In this document: piece by piece, positions 25,020 through 38,356 of the stretch | Layout of the letters: every line of letters starts with the position of its first letter | Position numbering within the stretch: the first letter of the stretch is position 1 | NCBI GenBank assembly: GCA_038087875.1 | Contig: JAXLNO010000179.1 | Location: 62,001-126,000, forward strand | Origin: Malacoraja senta | Lineage: Eukaryota | Direction: 5' to 3' | DNA length: 64,000 nucleotides | Position numbers and translations under genes: made by a program | Notes under the pieces: model-generated | Seen by the model: only the letters and a program-made list of their open reading frames with translations | What the model was told of the DNA's origin: nothing | Databases searched by the model: none

Positions 25020-28000
25020 ATTCATTTCACTTGCACTTTACGGGCTGCAAAGTCAACGGCTGCAAAGTCAACGGCTGCAAAGTCAACGGCGGCAAATTCA
25101 AATTCAAAGTCGGCTGCAAAGTCAACGGCTGCAAAGTCAACGGCTGCAAAGTCAACGGCGGGAAATTCAAATTCAAAGTCGGCTGCAAAGTCAACGGCTG
25201 CAAAGTCAACGGCTGCAAAGTCAACGGCGGCAAATTCAAATTCAAAGTCGGCTGCAAATTCAAAGTCAAACATAACAGCCACAGAAAGTAGAAACATGCT
25301 CCTAAACATCGGGGCTAACCACAGCAGCAGTACGGGCGCGTTTTGGTGCGACTTAGACAAAATACGCCGTTATGGACTACTACTACCGGCTGCGAAGTCA
25401 AACACAATGGCCACAGAAAGGTATACAAACGGAGAGTGGAGGCGGGAGAGGAGAGAGAGGAGGAGGAGACGCAAGCGGTGCGAGAGGAGGCAGAAACGGG
25501 GTAAAAGAGCAGGATCTTACACGAGGCGGAGACGGGGGAAAAGAGGAGGCATCTGCGCCAGGCTAACATCTAACCCCACCCGACCTGCAGTGCCCTCGCT
25601 TCTCCTCTCTAATGTCCGCTCCCTGGACAACAAACTTGACGAACTGCGTCTTCTCATAACAACATACAGGGACATTAGAGACTGCTGTGTGTTTGTTTTC
25701 ACGGAATCATGGCTCCACGGTAATATCCCAGACACAGCAATACAGCTGGAGGGAAGGACATCGTTCCGTGCGGACAGAGAGGCAGCTGGCTCTGGTAAGA
25801 GCCGAGGTGGAGGCCTGTGCTTGTACATAAACAAGGACTGGTATGTGAACGCTACGATAGCCGGGAAACACTGCTCTCCGCTGATAGAATTCCTCATCGT
25901 GAAATGTCGGCCTTTCTATCTGCCGAGGGAATTCTCCGTTGTTTTCGTTGTGGCTGTATATGTTGCTCCAAGTGCTAATGTAAATTCTAAGGCCAACGAA
26001 TCACTGGGAGCTCTGCATGACGCCATCAGTGAGTTCCAGACCAAACATCCTGATAGCTTCATTGTGGTGGCCGGGGATTTTAATCACACCAGCCTTAAGA
26101 CGGTGCTCCCAATATTCAAGCAATATGTGGATTTTGAGACCAGGGGAGAGAACATCTTGGACTTGGTTTACACCAACACCCCAGAGGCTTACAAGGCAGC
26201 CCCACGCCCTCACCTGGGCCACTCGGACCACATTTCAGTGTTTTTAACACCAGCCTACAGACCTCGGCAGAAACAAGTCAGAGCGGAGAGAAAACACACC
26301 AGGGTCTGGCCAGAGGGAGCAGCCTCAGCACTGCAGGATTGCTTCCTGCACACTGACTGGGATGTGTTCAGGACAGCGGCATCCTATGACGACCTCATCA
26401 ACATCGAGGAGTACGCAGAGACTGTAACCAACTACATTGCCAAGTGCACCGAGGATGTCACCATCATGAAAACCTTCACTGCACGTGGAAACAAAAAGCC
26501 ATGGATGACAGCAGAGGTACGCTCACTGCTGAGGGCTCGTGATGAAGCCTACAGAGCCGGTAACACGTCCGCTCTTCGATCTAGCAGGACTGCACTGGAA
26601 AAAGGAATCAGGGCAGCGAAACGTGCCTACGCGGGAAAAATCCAGGGACACCTCTGTGACACAGGAGACACCAGGAGGATGTGGAACTGAATCCAAACAC
26701 TGACGGGGTACAAGGCAAGGCAGCAGGTAACTGACACGGATTCTTCTCTCCCTGATGAACTAAACAACTTCTTCGCTCGTTTTGATGCAGCAAACACCAC
26801 ACCCAAGGGGAGAGCCAGTCCCCGCATACAAACAGACTAGCCAGTACTGACCATAGACCTGATGGACACACGGAGAATCCTGTCTAAGGTCAACCAGTGG
26901 AAAGCAGTCGGACCCGATAACATCCCAGGACGTGTGCTTAAGGAATATGCTGAGGAGTTAGCATATGTGCTAACGGACATCTATAACATCTCCCTCAGTC
27001 AAGCCATTGTCCCCACATGCCTCAAAACGAGTACAATTATCCCAATAGCGAAGAAACCAGTTGTGGCCTGCCTAAATGATTACCGCCCTGTCGCCCTGAC
27101 CCCAATAATAATGAAGTGTTTTGAACGCCTGGTGAAACCCCACATTACTGCCAGCCTCCCCTCATCGTTAGACCCCCTCCAGTTTGCCTATCGCCCCAAC
27201 CGTTCTACAGAGGACGCCATCTCTACCACGCTGCACACAGTGCTCACGCATCTGGAAAAAAGTAACACATACGCCAGAATCCTGTACATTGACTTCAGCT
27301 CTGCGTTCAACACCATCATCCCACAGAGACTTGTGGAGAAACTAACCCTGCTGGGCCTCAACACCACCCTGTGTCACTGGATCTTGGACTTTCTGACAGA
27401 GAGACCGCAGTCAGTCCGTGTGGGCAAGAACACTTCAGGCTCGATCACGCTGAGCACCGGCTCACCTCAAGGCTGTGTGCTCAGCCCGCTGTTGTTCACA
27501 TTGCTCACACATGACTATGCGGCCAGATTCAGGGACAATATGATCATAAAATTCGCGGATGACACAACAGTGGTGGGACTCATCAGCGGAGATGATGAAT
27601 CAATGTACAGGGAGGAAGTAAAACAACTAGTGGACTGGTGTGGCAAAAATAATCTAGAACTAAATGTGGAAAAAACAAAGGAGATGGTTGTCGACTTCAG
27701 GAGGGCGCAGCCAAAGCATGCACCCCTTAACATCAGTGGCGCCACAGTGGAGAGAGTGGAGAGCATAAAGTTCCTCGGGGTGCAAATTACGGACAGCCTC
27801 ACCTGGTCCAGAAACACCACTGGGTCCGTCAAAAGGGCCCATCAGCGACTGCACTTCCTGAGGAAACTAAAACAGGCCTCACTCCCCACCAACATCCTCA
27901 GGACTTTCTACATGGGTACGGTGGAGTCTGTACTCACGTACTGTTTAAATACGTGGTACTCAACCTGCAACTGCTCGGACAGGAAGGCTCTGCAGAGGGT

Positions 28001-28575
28001 AGTGAGGGGAGCAGAGAAGATCATTGGCGTCTCCCTACCCTCGGTACAAGAACTGTTCCTGAGCCGCTGTCGGAAAAAAGCTCAAAAAATTACCAAGGAC
28101 AAAATGCACCCCCTCCACATACACCTGGATCTCCTGCCATCAGGCAAGAGATATCGCAGCATCAAAGCCCGGACTACAAGACTGCTAAACAGCTTCCTGC
28201 CATATGCTGTGAGGCTGCTAAACAGCCACTCTGTACTCACAGTCACCTGATTCTGCGGCTTGGCACGGACACTATAATAACTGGCACTGGCCACTTCAAT
28301 AACTGGCACTGGCCACTCAAATCAGCCACCCCGGACATGTTTATGATTGGTCTTACTGTATTTTAACGTTGTTTGTATCTATTTTAACATACTGTTCCAT
28401 CAGGGTCTGGATTGTTTTAGTGTTGTTATTATTATTATTATTATGTGTGAAATGTTTTAAACGTCATGTGCGATGCTCCGGTATTCCCTGGGAAACGTCT
28501 TTTCGTTTTGCACTGCACAACTGTTGCTTGCAAGATGACAATAAAGGAATTGAATTGAATTGAATTGAATTGAAT
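25020..28575 (+). mobile_element. Near-intact Rex1/Babar LINE (APE + RT)
   Basis: ORFs 25296-26690 and 26862-28250 share one frame, separated by two stops; NVRSL, FTESWL and KFADD motifs; gacaataaa(gaatt)n tail; sits inside an older Rex1-type 3'UTR (24790-25000 and 28577-28720). Confidence 0.9.
25043..25269 (+). repeat. Higher-order tandem repeat: 69-bp unit of (GGCTGCAAAGTCAAC)x3 plus 24 bp, about 3.3 copies
   Basis: Units start at 25043, 25112, 25181 and 25250. Confidence 0.95.
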
Positions 28576-29539
28576 AAAACCGTATTGTATTGTATATATG
28601 GACACACTGATCTGTTTTGTAATCAATGCCTACTATGTTCTGTTGTGCTGAAGCAAAGCAAGAATTTCATTGTCCTATCAGGGACACATGACAATAAACT
28701 CTCTTGAATCTTGAATCTTGCTCCCAGTATTGTCGTGCAGTACTGAGAGTGCTGCATTATGGCGATCAGAATAATATCCCGATTGCCTGTTCAGGGAGAT
28801 GTGAGATATTTTGTTTTGCCCACTTAACAAACAAAGCAGTAATTATACTCAGTAACTAGGGTAATATTCACTGAATCAATCAGTGAAGCAGTTTAGCTGC
28901 CCAATAGTCTTCTATGTTCAGAGGGTGATGGGTTCATGGAATGAGCTGCCAGAGGAGGCAATTGAGGCAGGTACAATAACAACATTTAAAAGGCACTTGG
29001 ACAGGTACATGGATAGGAAAGGTTTGGAGGGCTATGGGTCAAATAGGACAAGTTTAGATGGGAATCTTGGTCAGAGTTGGGCCAAGGAGCATGTTCATTA
29101 ATAACTGAGCTTCACAGTTAGATCTTGGAAAATGTTGATCACTTCTTGTATCTCAGGAGCAATCTCTCAGAAAATCAGACAACTCTGATGAAATTTACCA
29201 TCGTCTTCAATGTACTAGCACAGCCTTTGGTCAATTGTGAAGGTTCTTAGTGACCTTAGACCTGGAAAAAGCTACCACTGCAGTGATCCCTTGCATATTT
29301 TTCAAACTGGGATATAGATTATCAGATGTTTAAGATGTATCAGGTTTCAGACTCATAAACCAATACAATACCTTTTACTATTAACATCCTCCTCTTCCTC
29401 ATCTTCACTGGCCTCTTGATTCTTCAGCATACCAAGGATTTTGGTGCCTTCTGTGAATATAGCTTGCTACACAAGCAGGAAACATTCACAAGGATTGGTC
29501 AGATATTACCTATATGAATGAATTCGCCAGATTCACCTC

Positions 29540-29875
29540 TCGCTCTGCCTCTCTCTCTCTCTCTTCCCTCTCTGCCTCTCTGCCCTCTCTTTCTGTGCCC
29601 TCTCTCTGCCTCTCTCTGTGCCCGCCTCTCTGCCCTCTCTGCCCATCTCTCTGCCCATCTCTCTGCCTCTCTCTCTGCCCATCTCTCTGCCCCTCTCTCT
29701 GCCTCTCTCTCTGCCTCTCTCTCTGCCCATCTCTCTGCCTCTCTCTCTGCCTCTCTCTCTGCCCATCTATCTGCCTCTCTCTCTCTGCCCATCTCTCTGC
29801 CCATCTCTCTGCCCCTCTCTCTGCCCATCTCTCTGCCCATCTCTCTGCCCATCTCTCTGCCCCTCTCTCTGCCCT
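29540..29875. repeat. Pyrimidine-rich minisatellite, about 12-mer CTCTCTGCCCAT variants
   Basis: Direct reading. Confidence 0.95.
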
Positions 29876-30668
29876 AAAAAAGAACACACAATACACAATA
29901 AAATGTAACACAAACACCCACCACAGCATTCTTCACTGTGGTGGAAGGCACAAAGTACAGTCAGTTCTCCTCCATTGTTCCCCCGTGATCTGGGCCATGA
30001 ACCTCCACAGTCTCCGCTGCGGATGTACAGGCCCTCTCTTCTGGAAGGTAAGTCCCGAATCGGTGCCTCCCTACCGGAGATTGCGGCTTCAAGACATTGT
30101 GTTTTCACCTTCCTTTGGGAATTGTATCAACATAAAGGCAGTACATAAGCGCTGGAGTAACTCAGCGGGTTGGGCAGCATCTCTAGAGGACATAGATAGG
30201 CAATGCTTTGAGTCGGGACCCTTCTGCAGACCTGAAATGTCGCCTGCCCATTCCCTCCACAGTTGCTGCCTGACCTGCAGAGTTCCTCCAGCACTTTGTG
30301 TTTGGCTCAGGATTCCAGCGTCTGCAGTTCATTGCCTCTCTTGTTCACTGAATCCTGATTCCAAGTCTTTCTCCAATATCTCTCCATTATTCTTTCAATG
30401 TATGTCTTGTTGGCCTGTTGCACTATTTCTCCAAGGACTAGAATGCAAGAACAATATTGAAAAGACACTTGGACAGATATGTAGATAGGAAAGGTTAAGG
30501 GATATGCAACTAGCTCAGATGGGGCAGGTTGGTTGGCATGGACGATTTGGGCTGAAGGGCCTGTTTCTGCGCTGTATGACTGACTTTCCACCATCGTGAA
30601 CTTGAATCATGACAGGGAAAAGTGAATGGTTTTGCTTGGTGGTGTCTCCTGCAGCCCAGTCTGCAGAG

Positions 30669-31810
30669 CTGTGTGTGTGTGTGTACATGTGGGGCAGGTG
30701 TGTGCACGGCATGGGACTGGTGTGCACGTGTGTGTACATGTGGGGCTGGTGTGTGCACGGCATGGGACTGGTGTGCACGTGTGTGTACATGTGGGGCTGG
30801 TGTGCATGTGCACTGGGCAAGGTGTGCACAAATGTATACCTGGGGTTGTGTGCACATGTGTGTGTGTGCTAGGGCTGGTGTGTGCCTGTATGTGTGTACA
30901 TGGGGCTGTGTATACATGTGTGTGTGTGCTCGGGCTGGTGTGTGCCTGTACGTGTATACATGGGGCTGTGTGTACATGTGTGTTTGGGACAGTGTGTGCA
31001 TGTGGGGCAGTGTGTGCCTGTATGTGTGTACATCTGTGTGTGTGCTCAGGCTGGTGTGTGCCTGCACATGTGTACATGGGGCTGTGTGTACATGTGTGTG
31101 TGCTCGGGCTGGTGTGTGCCTGCACATGTGTACATGGGGCTGTGTGTACATGTGTCTATGTGCTCGGGCTGGTGTGTGCCTGCACGGGTGTACATGGGGC
31201 TGTGTGTACATGTGTGTGTTTGGGACAGTGTGTGCGTGTGGGGCAGTGTGTGCCTGTATGTGTGTACATGTGTGTGTGTGCCCGGGCTGGTGTGTGCCTG
31301 CACGGGTGTACATGGGGCTGTGTGTACATGTGTGTGTTTGGGACAGTGTGTGCGTGTGGGGCAGTGTGTGCCTGCACGTGTGTACATGGGGCTGTGTGCC
31401 CATGTGTGTGTGTGCTCGGGCTGGTGTGTGCCTGCACGTGTATACATGGGGCTGTGTGTACATGTGTGTTTGGGAGTGTGTGCGTGTGGGGCAGTGTGTG
31501 CCTGTATGTGTGTACATGTGTGTGTGTGCCCGGGCTGGTGTGTGCCTGCATGGGTGTACATGGGGCTGTGTGTACATGTGTGTGTGTGTGCTCGGGCTGG
31601 TGTGTGCCTGCACGGGTGTAGATGGGGCTGTGTGTACATGTGTTGTGTGCCCGGGCTGGTGTGTGCCTGCATGGGTGTACATGGGGCTGTGTGTACATGT
31701 GTGTGTGTGCTAGGGCTGGTGTGTGCCTGCACATGTGTACATGGGGCTGTGTGTACATGTGTGTATGTGCTCGGGCTGGTGTGTGCCTGCACGTGTGTAC
31801 ATGGGGCTGC
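30669..31810. repeat. GT-rich minisatellite, about 55-60-bp units (gggctggtgtgtgcctgcac...tacatggggctgtgtgtacatg)
   Basis: Direct reading; explains the His/Thr and Val/Cys ORFs. Confidence 0.95.
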
Positions 31811-32764
31811 ATGCTGACTGTGCCTCTGACCCACTACCCCCTCTCTGTGCCAGGCCTGGCCATGCTGGACGGCTTTGTGTTTGCTGTGGGCTCACGGCTG
31901 GGAGGGCAGCTCGAGGCTGGCCTCCATCGAGTGCTACAACCCCAGCACGAACGCCTGTCGCTTCCTGGCCTCCATGAAGATGGCCATCACCAGCCCGGCG
32001 GTGGTGGCTTTCCAGGGGCTGCTCTACATCGCAGGTAAAGCCCGCAGGCACGGCACGGCACAGCATGACACAGCATCCGGGGAACAGGTCTGGGCTGCTA
32101 TTGCCACGTGACCTGGGATACAGGGGAGGGGGAGGGGGAGGGTTTGAGGGTGCAGGGGTCCTCGTGGGCAGAGCTGATATGGCCTCTCTCTGCAGGGGGG
32201 GGGAGGGAGAGTGGGAGGAGGGTCTAGCCCAGGTCAGTGAGGGCTGCCTGACCCGGCCTCTCTCCACAAGGGGGTTTGTGTTAGAGGGGGTGGGAGGTTG
32301 GAGGAGGGGGAGGGAGTGGGGTGCATGGGGTCTAACAGTCTATCTCTCTCTCTCAGGGGGGGCTGTTCTGGAGGACGGTGACGGCATGAATCTGGTTCAG
32401 GTTTACAACCCCAAGTGTGACTCGTGGTCGGAGGTGGCTCCCATGCAGATCCCTCGCTCTGGCTCCGTGGCCTGCATCCTGCACGGCAAGATCTACATCA
32501 TCAGTGAGAAGTCCCATAGATCGGTGTCTTTAGATAAAGGCATGAGCTGTGGGTGTGGTGTAGGGTGCAGGGGTGGGAGGCAAGCTGGTGCAGCCCTGGG
32601 CAGCACACTACAGCCTGCTAATAAACACACCAGGAACTGCTGGTGCTGGCTGGCAGAAAGAAAGTCACAAAGTGATGGAGTAACAGCGAGTTGGGCAGCA
32701 TCTCTGGAGGACATGGAGAGGTGTTTGTGTTAGGACACTTCTTCAGTCTGATTGTGTGTGTCTC

Positions 32765-32952
32765 TCTATCGATTAACCTACAAACCTGCACATCTTTGGA
32801 ATGTGGGAGGAAACCGGAGCATCCGGAGAAAACCCACGCGGTCACAGGGAGAACATACAAACTCTATACAGACAGCACCCGTAGTCGGGATTGGACCCGG
32901 GTTCCTGGGGCTGTGAGGCAGCAGCTCTACCCGCTGCGCCACTATGCCACAA
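32765..32952 (-). mobile_element. V-SINE (HE1-like) in a kelch intron
   Basis: Same family as 2785-3068. Confidence 0.8.
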
Positions 32953-33717
32953 CAGTGTTGAAGAGGAAGTAGTGCCTCTCTCCAGGTACCACAGCACGCT
33001 ATCTCCATGCTAAACTAAACCAAACCTGAGTAAGTGCAAGAGGGCCAGAACAGGAGAAGGAGATCAGCAACTGGAATCTAAGGCAATCGGTGAATTTCCA
33101 GTGAATTCCAGTTCATCATGGACAAGGAATACACTCCACCAGCTCTAGACGTGTGGGTTTGTAGGTTAATCAGCCTCTGTAACTTGCCCCTAGTGTGTGG
33201 GGAGTGGATAAGAAAGTGGGATAACATAGAACTAGTGTGAACGGGAGATGGATGGTCGGTGTTGTCTCAATGGGCCGAAGGGTCTGTTTCCATGCTGTAG
33301 CTCTAAACTAAACTATACGTACCTGCCTAACCCACCCAGAATGAACATTAAAGTGCAGTTGAAGCAGTGACAGGTGTTTGACTCTGCAGGCGGCTGGCAC
33401 GCATCGACCGAGAACACTGACAAGGTGGAGCAGTACGACCCCAGGACCAACACATGGACGATGTGCGCCCCCATGAACGAGCGGCGGCACCGGCCGGGCG
33501 TGGCGGTCATCGACGGCACCATCTACGTGATGGGCGGCGAGGAAGGCTGTGACCAGTAGGTGCCTCCGCTGCCGGGATTGACACCAGGACGTGCCGGGAC
33601 GGCTTTATCATTGCCACATGTACCGAGTTACAGGGAAAATATTTGTTTTAAATGCTGTCCAGTCAGATCAGATAATACTGTACATATATACAATCAAGTC
33701 AAACTCAAGTACAATAG

Positions 33718-36700
33718 TGTAAAGAGGCGTCATAACACACTGTGTCTTTACTACTGTTTATTCATGATACACATACTTTACTGCCCTAGCTGTTCGTGGT
33801 CTGTCACCGGAACCAGAGAGAGCGACCACTGGGTGGGAAGGTTGTAATTATACTAGTGATGTGGGGAGTGGTTAGTAATGGTGAGGTCACTATGTTAAAG
33901 GTACATGCACATGTCATCTACATCCTTCCCCTTGGAAATAAAAAGCAATACAGTAGTGACAAGGCGACCACGTCTCATACGCTACGAGCAGGTGAGCAAA
34001 CAGTTAAGCAAAATCACCATAACGGACAGGCGGCCTGACCACCCGCTCGGACCGGGTACGCAGCTCGCCATCTCCCCCCTCTGGAGGAGGAACTTGAGTA
34101 GGAGCAGGCGCGGGTGAGAGAACCGGGGAACCGGGAGGAGAAAGAGAAAACGGAGACGGAGCAGGGGAAGCAGGAGCAGTAGCGGGAAGACGGGCAGGTG
34201 AGGGAGGACTGGCTGGTGGAGAGCGGGGCATATGTGGAGGGGCAGGCAACGTGGCAGACAGTGGGGGGGAAAGGGGTCTGCAGGCGGCGGCGGGGGCTCG
34301 TTAACAAGCCGCAGATGTTGGCGGGACCGGCGGTAAATAGTACCGTCATGGTCGACTAGATAGGACCGCGGCGAACCAGCAGTACCGACGACGATGGCAA
34401 GCCTGGGGTGACTGGAGGGGGACTGCATCCGGACGACTTGGCCAGGCAACAGAGGCGGGAGGGGACGGCAGGACTGGTCGTGGGAGCGCTTTTGGATTTC
34501 TTGCTTGAGGGCAATGCGCTCCTGGACAGCAGCGGGCTGGAGAACAGAGGGAACGAGGGACCGCTGGGTCACCGGGATCGGAGGTCTCGTAGTGCGAGAC
34601 ATCAGCCGTTGTGCTGGGGAACCCAATGCAGTGTCGCGGCAAATGTTCCGAAGGTTGAGGAGCGCCAGGTAAAAGTCAGAATGGGACAGTCTACAATATT
34701 CCAGCAAGTCCTTAGCACTGCGGACAGCGCGCTCTGCCAAGCCGTTGCTTTGTGGTACTCTGGGCTGCTGGTATAGTGTCGGAAGTTCCAGCTGGCAGCG
34801 AAACGCCGAAATTCGGCACTCGAGAACTGGCTGCCGTTGTCCGATTGAAGACTTGCCGGGGTGCCAAAGGTTCCGAAGTGTTGGCGCAGCCTCCCGATAA
34901 CGGCCGAAGAGGTGAGGGAGTGCAGCCGGTCAACCTCGAACCAGCTGGAGTACGAGTCCACAAGAACCAGGAAGTGCTTGCCACGCCACTCAAAAATGTC
35001 AGCGGCGACGGTCATCCAGGGCAGCTCGGGGGCAGGCTGTTGCAGAAGCGGCTGCCGTTGCTGATGGGGAGTGAGGCTATTGCAGACAGAGCAAGCGGAG
35101 ACCCTCTCCCGGATGTCTTGGGCCATGCCGGGCCAGTAGAACAAACTCTGGGCCTGAGACAGGGTGGCCTCGGCCCCAGGATGACCGCGATGGGCGGTCT
35201 GAAAGTATTGGTCACGCAGGGCAGCAGGCACGACGACCTTGTGTCCCTTCACGACCACGCCGTCGTGCAGCACGAGTTCGTCACGGACCAGGAAGTAGTG
35301 CACGACTCCAGGCGGCAAGGATGAACGACGGTCTGGCCAGCCCTGCCTGATGACGTCGGCAAGCTGCTGCAGGGCAGGATCCTTGGCAGTGTTGCTGACC
35401 AGGGACTGCGTCTGCTGGGAAGGCACAATGTTGACGTTGAGCACCATCAGGTCAGACGATTCATATGGATGGCGATCGGTGGACGTTAGCGGTGCGCGGG
35501 ACAGCGTGTCGGCCACAAACATGTCCTTGCGATATACAATTTTGAACGTAAAACGCTGGAGCTGCAGCATCATGCGCTGCAAACGGGACGAGGCAACGTG
35601 GATCGGCTTGTGGATAGAGACCAGCAGCTGATGGTCGGTCTCGATCGTGAAGCTGTTTCCCAGAATATAGTCCTTGAACTTGGAGCAGGCAAACACCACA
35701 GCAAGCAGCTCCTTCTCTATCTGAGCATAGCGCTGCTCGGCAGGGGTCATGGTGCGGGAAGCGTAGGAATGGGCCATCGTGGAGCTGCAGGCAAGCAGCA
35801 CCAAGACCGAACTTGGAGGCGTCGCAGGTAAGAACAATGGGGCGGGGCAGATCGAAGAATTGGAGAGTGGAGGTACTGGCCAGCCTGGACTTCAGAACAT
35901 CAAAAGCTTTCTGGTGATGCGGGAACCAGGCCCAGGCAGTGTCCTTCTTGATCAACTCCCTCAGGGGTGCGCTCAGCTCGCTGAGGTCGGGGATGAACTT
36001 CCCCAGGTAATTAACCATGCCCAGGAAACGATGCAGGCTGGGCACGTCGGTGGGCAAAGACATACCGGAGACCGCGGCCGTCTTCTGCGGGTCAGGCTTC
36101 AGCCCCGATGCGGTAAAGACGTGACCCACATAGGTGACCTCCGGGACGCGGAAACGGCACTTTTTTGGGTTAAGTTTAAGGTTGATTTCACGGGCCCGGT
36201 CCAGGACTTGACGGAGGTGGAGATCGTGCTCAGCAACGTCCTTACCGTAGACCAGGATGTCGTCAACGATGATAGCACACGGCAGACCGGCGAACAGCTG
36301 CTCCATCGTCCGCTGGAAGACCTCGCTGGCAGAGTTGATCCCGAATGGCATGCGGAGGAATCGGAACCTGCCGAAGGGCGTGCTGAAGATAGTCAGGTAG
36401 GAGGACCGCTCGTCCAGCGGTATCTGCCAGAAGGAGCTCTTGGCATCGAGAACCGAGAAGACAGTGGCTGGGCCAACCTGTGCAGCGACGTCCTCCACTG
36501 TTCGCATGGGGTAATGAGGGCGTCTGATGGCAAGGTTCAGGTCTTTGGGGTTGATGCAAATGCGAATTTCACTTTTGTCCTTTTTCGCAGCAACAACCAT
36601 GGTGGAGACCCACCGGGTGGGTTCGCTCACCTCCTTCAGGATGCCCATGGTAACCATGTTGAGCAGCGTTAATTCCACCTTGTCCTTCATGGCGAAGGAG

Positions 36701-38356
36701 ACGCAGTGCGGTGGACGGACCATAGGTTCAACACCGGGGTCGACAACGATCTTGTAGCTGCAGGGCAGCTTGCCCAGCTTGTCATCAAAACGGTCAGGGT
36801 ATTCGCGCAGGGGGTCCATAAGGGTCCGCACCTGGTGGATATCACGGTGGAAAGAGACCAAGCCGAGGTCCTGGCACGCCCGGGCGCCCAACAGGGTGAT
36901 GTTGTTAGTATCCAGTAGATAAAAAGTGAGGGGCCGAGAGGCACGCAGTACCTTGCAGTGCAGGGTAGCCCTCCCCACCAGAACGAGCACGCTTCCCCCG
37001 TAGGCATGCAACAGGGAGTGATCGGGAGTAACTTTCTCATCAGCCCTTATCTTCTTGAAGAGGGCTATTGACATTACATTGGTCACGGCCCCCGTGTCGA
37101 GTTTGGCGGTGAAGGTCGAGGCGTTGACAGTAACGCGAACTGAAGGGTCCGTTATCAGTGCAGGTGCATCCAACACTGAAAATATGCTGGTCTCCCCCTG
37201 GGAGGAACTTGTATCAGACAAAGGGAGTTCTTCCGGCTGGAACTGTGAACCAAGCGCGCTATCAGCTCGAGCAAGGTTGTTTAACATTCGGCGTGGAGCA
37301 GGAACTGGCTTCCCACGAGAGCGACAGGCGGCAGAGAAATGGTGCAATTTCCTGCAAAAGTTGCACGTTTTTCCCAGTGCAGGGCACACATTAGACTGAT
37401 GGGAGGTAAAGTTGCAGTTGGGGCACCGCTGTGGGCTGCTACCCCCGGGTGCAGGGGACCCCCGTTGCCGTTGCGGGCCAGCGTTCCGCCGGCGGCCAGC
37501 AACACTGGTAAAGTTAATGTCATGATCAGCAGAGGACACCGCCGAGGCGACAGCCTCAGCCATGCGGGAGGCGTGCAGAGCATCGGCTAAAGACAGGTTG
37601 TGCTTCCGCAGAAGTTCAGCCCTTAGTTTTTCATCTTGAAGACCATACACTAAAATGTCCCGGGTCAGTTGATCGGGGGTCAGCGTGTCCAGGCTGCAAC
37701 GCCTGGCCAGGTGACGCAACGCGGCGATATAGTTATCGATTGACTCTCCAGAGATCTGACGCCGGGTGAACATTTTAAAACGCTCTAGAATGCAGTTAGT
37801 GGGGATGTCGCACATAGCGGTAAACTTAGCCATAAGACATACCGGGTCCTGAGCATCTTCACCTGCACCATAGACAAACGACTCAGCCCGTTCCAGGGCA
37901 TCAGGACCAGCCAGGTTGAGAAGCAGAGAAGCCCGTGTAGCAGGGGTGGCAGCAGGATGGGCGATCGTGGCATAGTGTTGAAAGTCACGTCTAAAGACAC
38001 CCCACCGATGGGCAATGTCCGAGTCGAAGACAAGCATGTCGGGTTTGCGGCAAGAAGTAGCCATGGCACGGGAGATTAAAAAATGGGGAAACGGGTGCAA
38101 AGTAAAGAAAAACCGATAAACTGGAGGCGCAAAGGTACGATTCAGACACCATGTAAAGAGGCGTCATAACACACTGTGTCTTTACTACTGTTTATTCATG
38201 ATACACATACTTTACTGCCCTAGCTGTTCGTGGTCTGTCACCGGAACCAGAGAGAGCGAGCACTGGGTGGGAAGGTTGTAATTATACTAGTGATGTGGGG
38301 AGTGGTTAGTAGTGGTGAGGTCACTATGTTAAAGGTACATGCACATGTCATCTACA
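33718..38356 (-). mobile_element. Full-length Gypsy (Mag-like) LTR retrotransposon
   Basis: 205-bp TG...CA LTRs at 33718-33922 and 38152-38356 with 2 differences; TSD AATAG; PBS-like tggtgtctgaa; PPT aaggggaagga; gag CCHC, LDTGA protease, IVDD RT, RNase H, integrase; pol frameshifted. Confidence 0.97.

Larger units (their letters stand above)
22171..29466 (-). pseudogene. Multi-exon unprocessed pseudogene (exons 29372-29466, 29199-29261, 24654-24722, 23231-23306, about 22171-22730)
   Basis: GT-AG sites with matching phases give a protein-like peptide broken by TGA/TAA/TAG; last exon interrupted by a repeat and least certain; identity unknown. Confidence 0.55.

Noticed and set aside
25043..25269. 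CRISPR-like array
   Set aside because: No unique spacers; a pure tandem repeat in eukaryotic DNA
30011..30047. Possible exon with a strong AAG|gtaagt donor
   Set aside because: Adjoins repeat sequence and gives no kelch-compatible peptide
29499..31834. Long ORFs rich in H/T/P, V/C or R/E
   Set aside because: Artefacts of stop-free minisatellites, open in most frames
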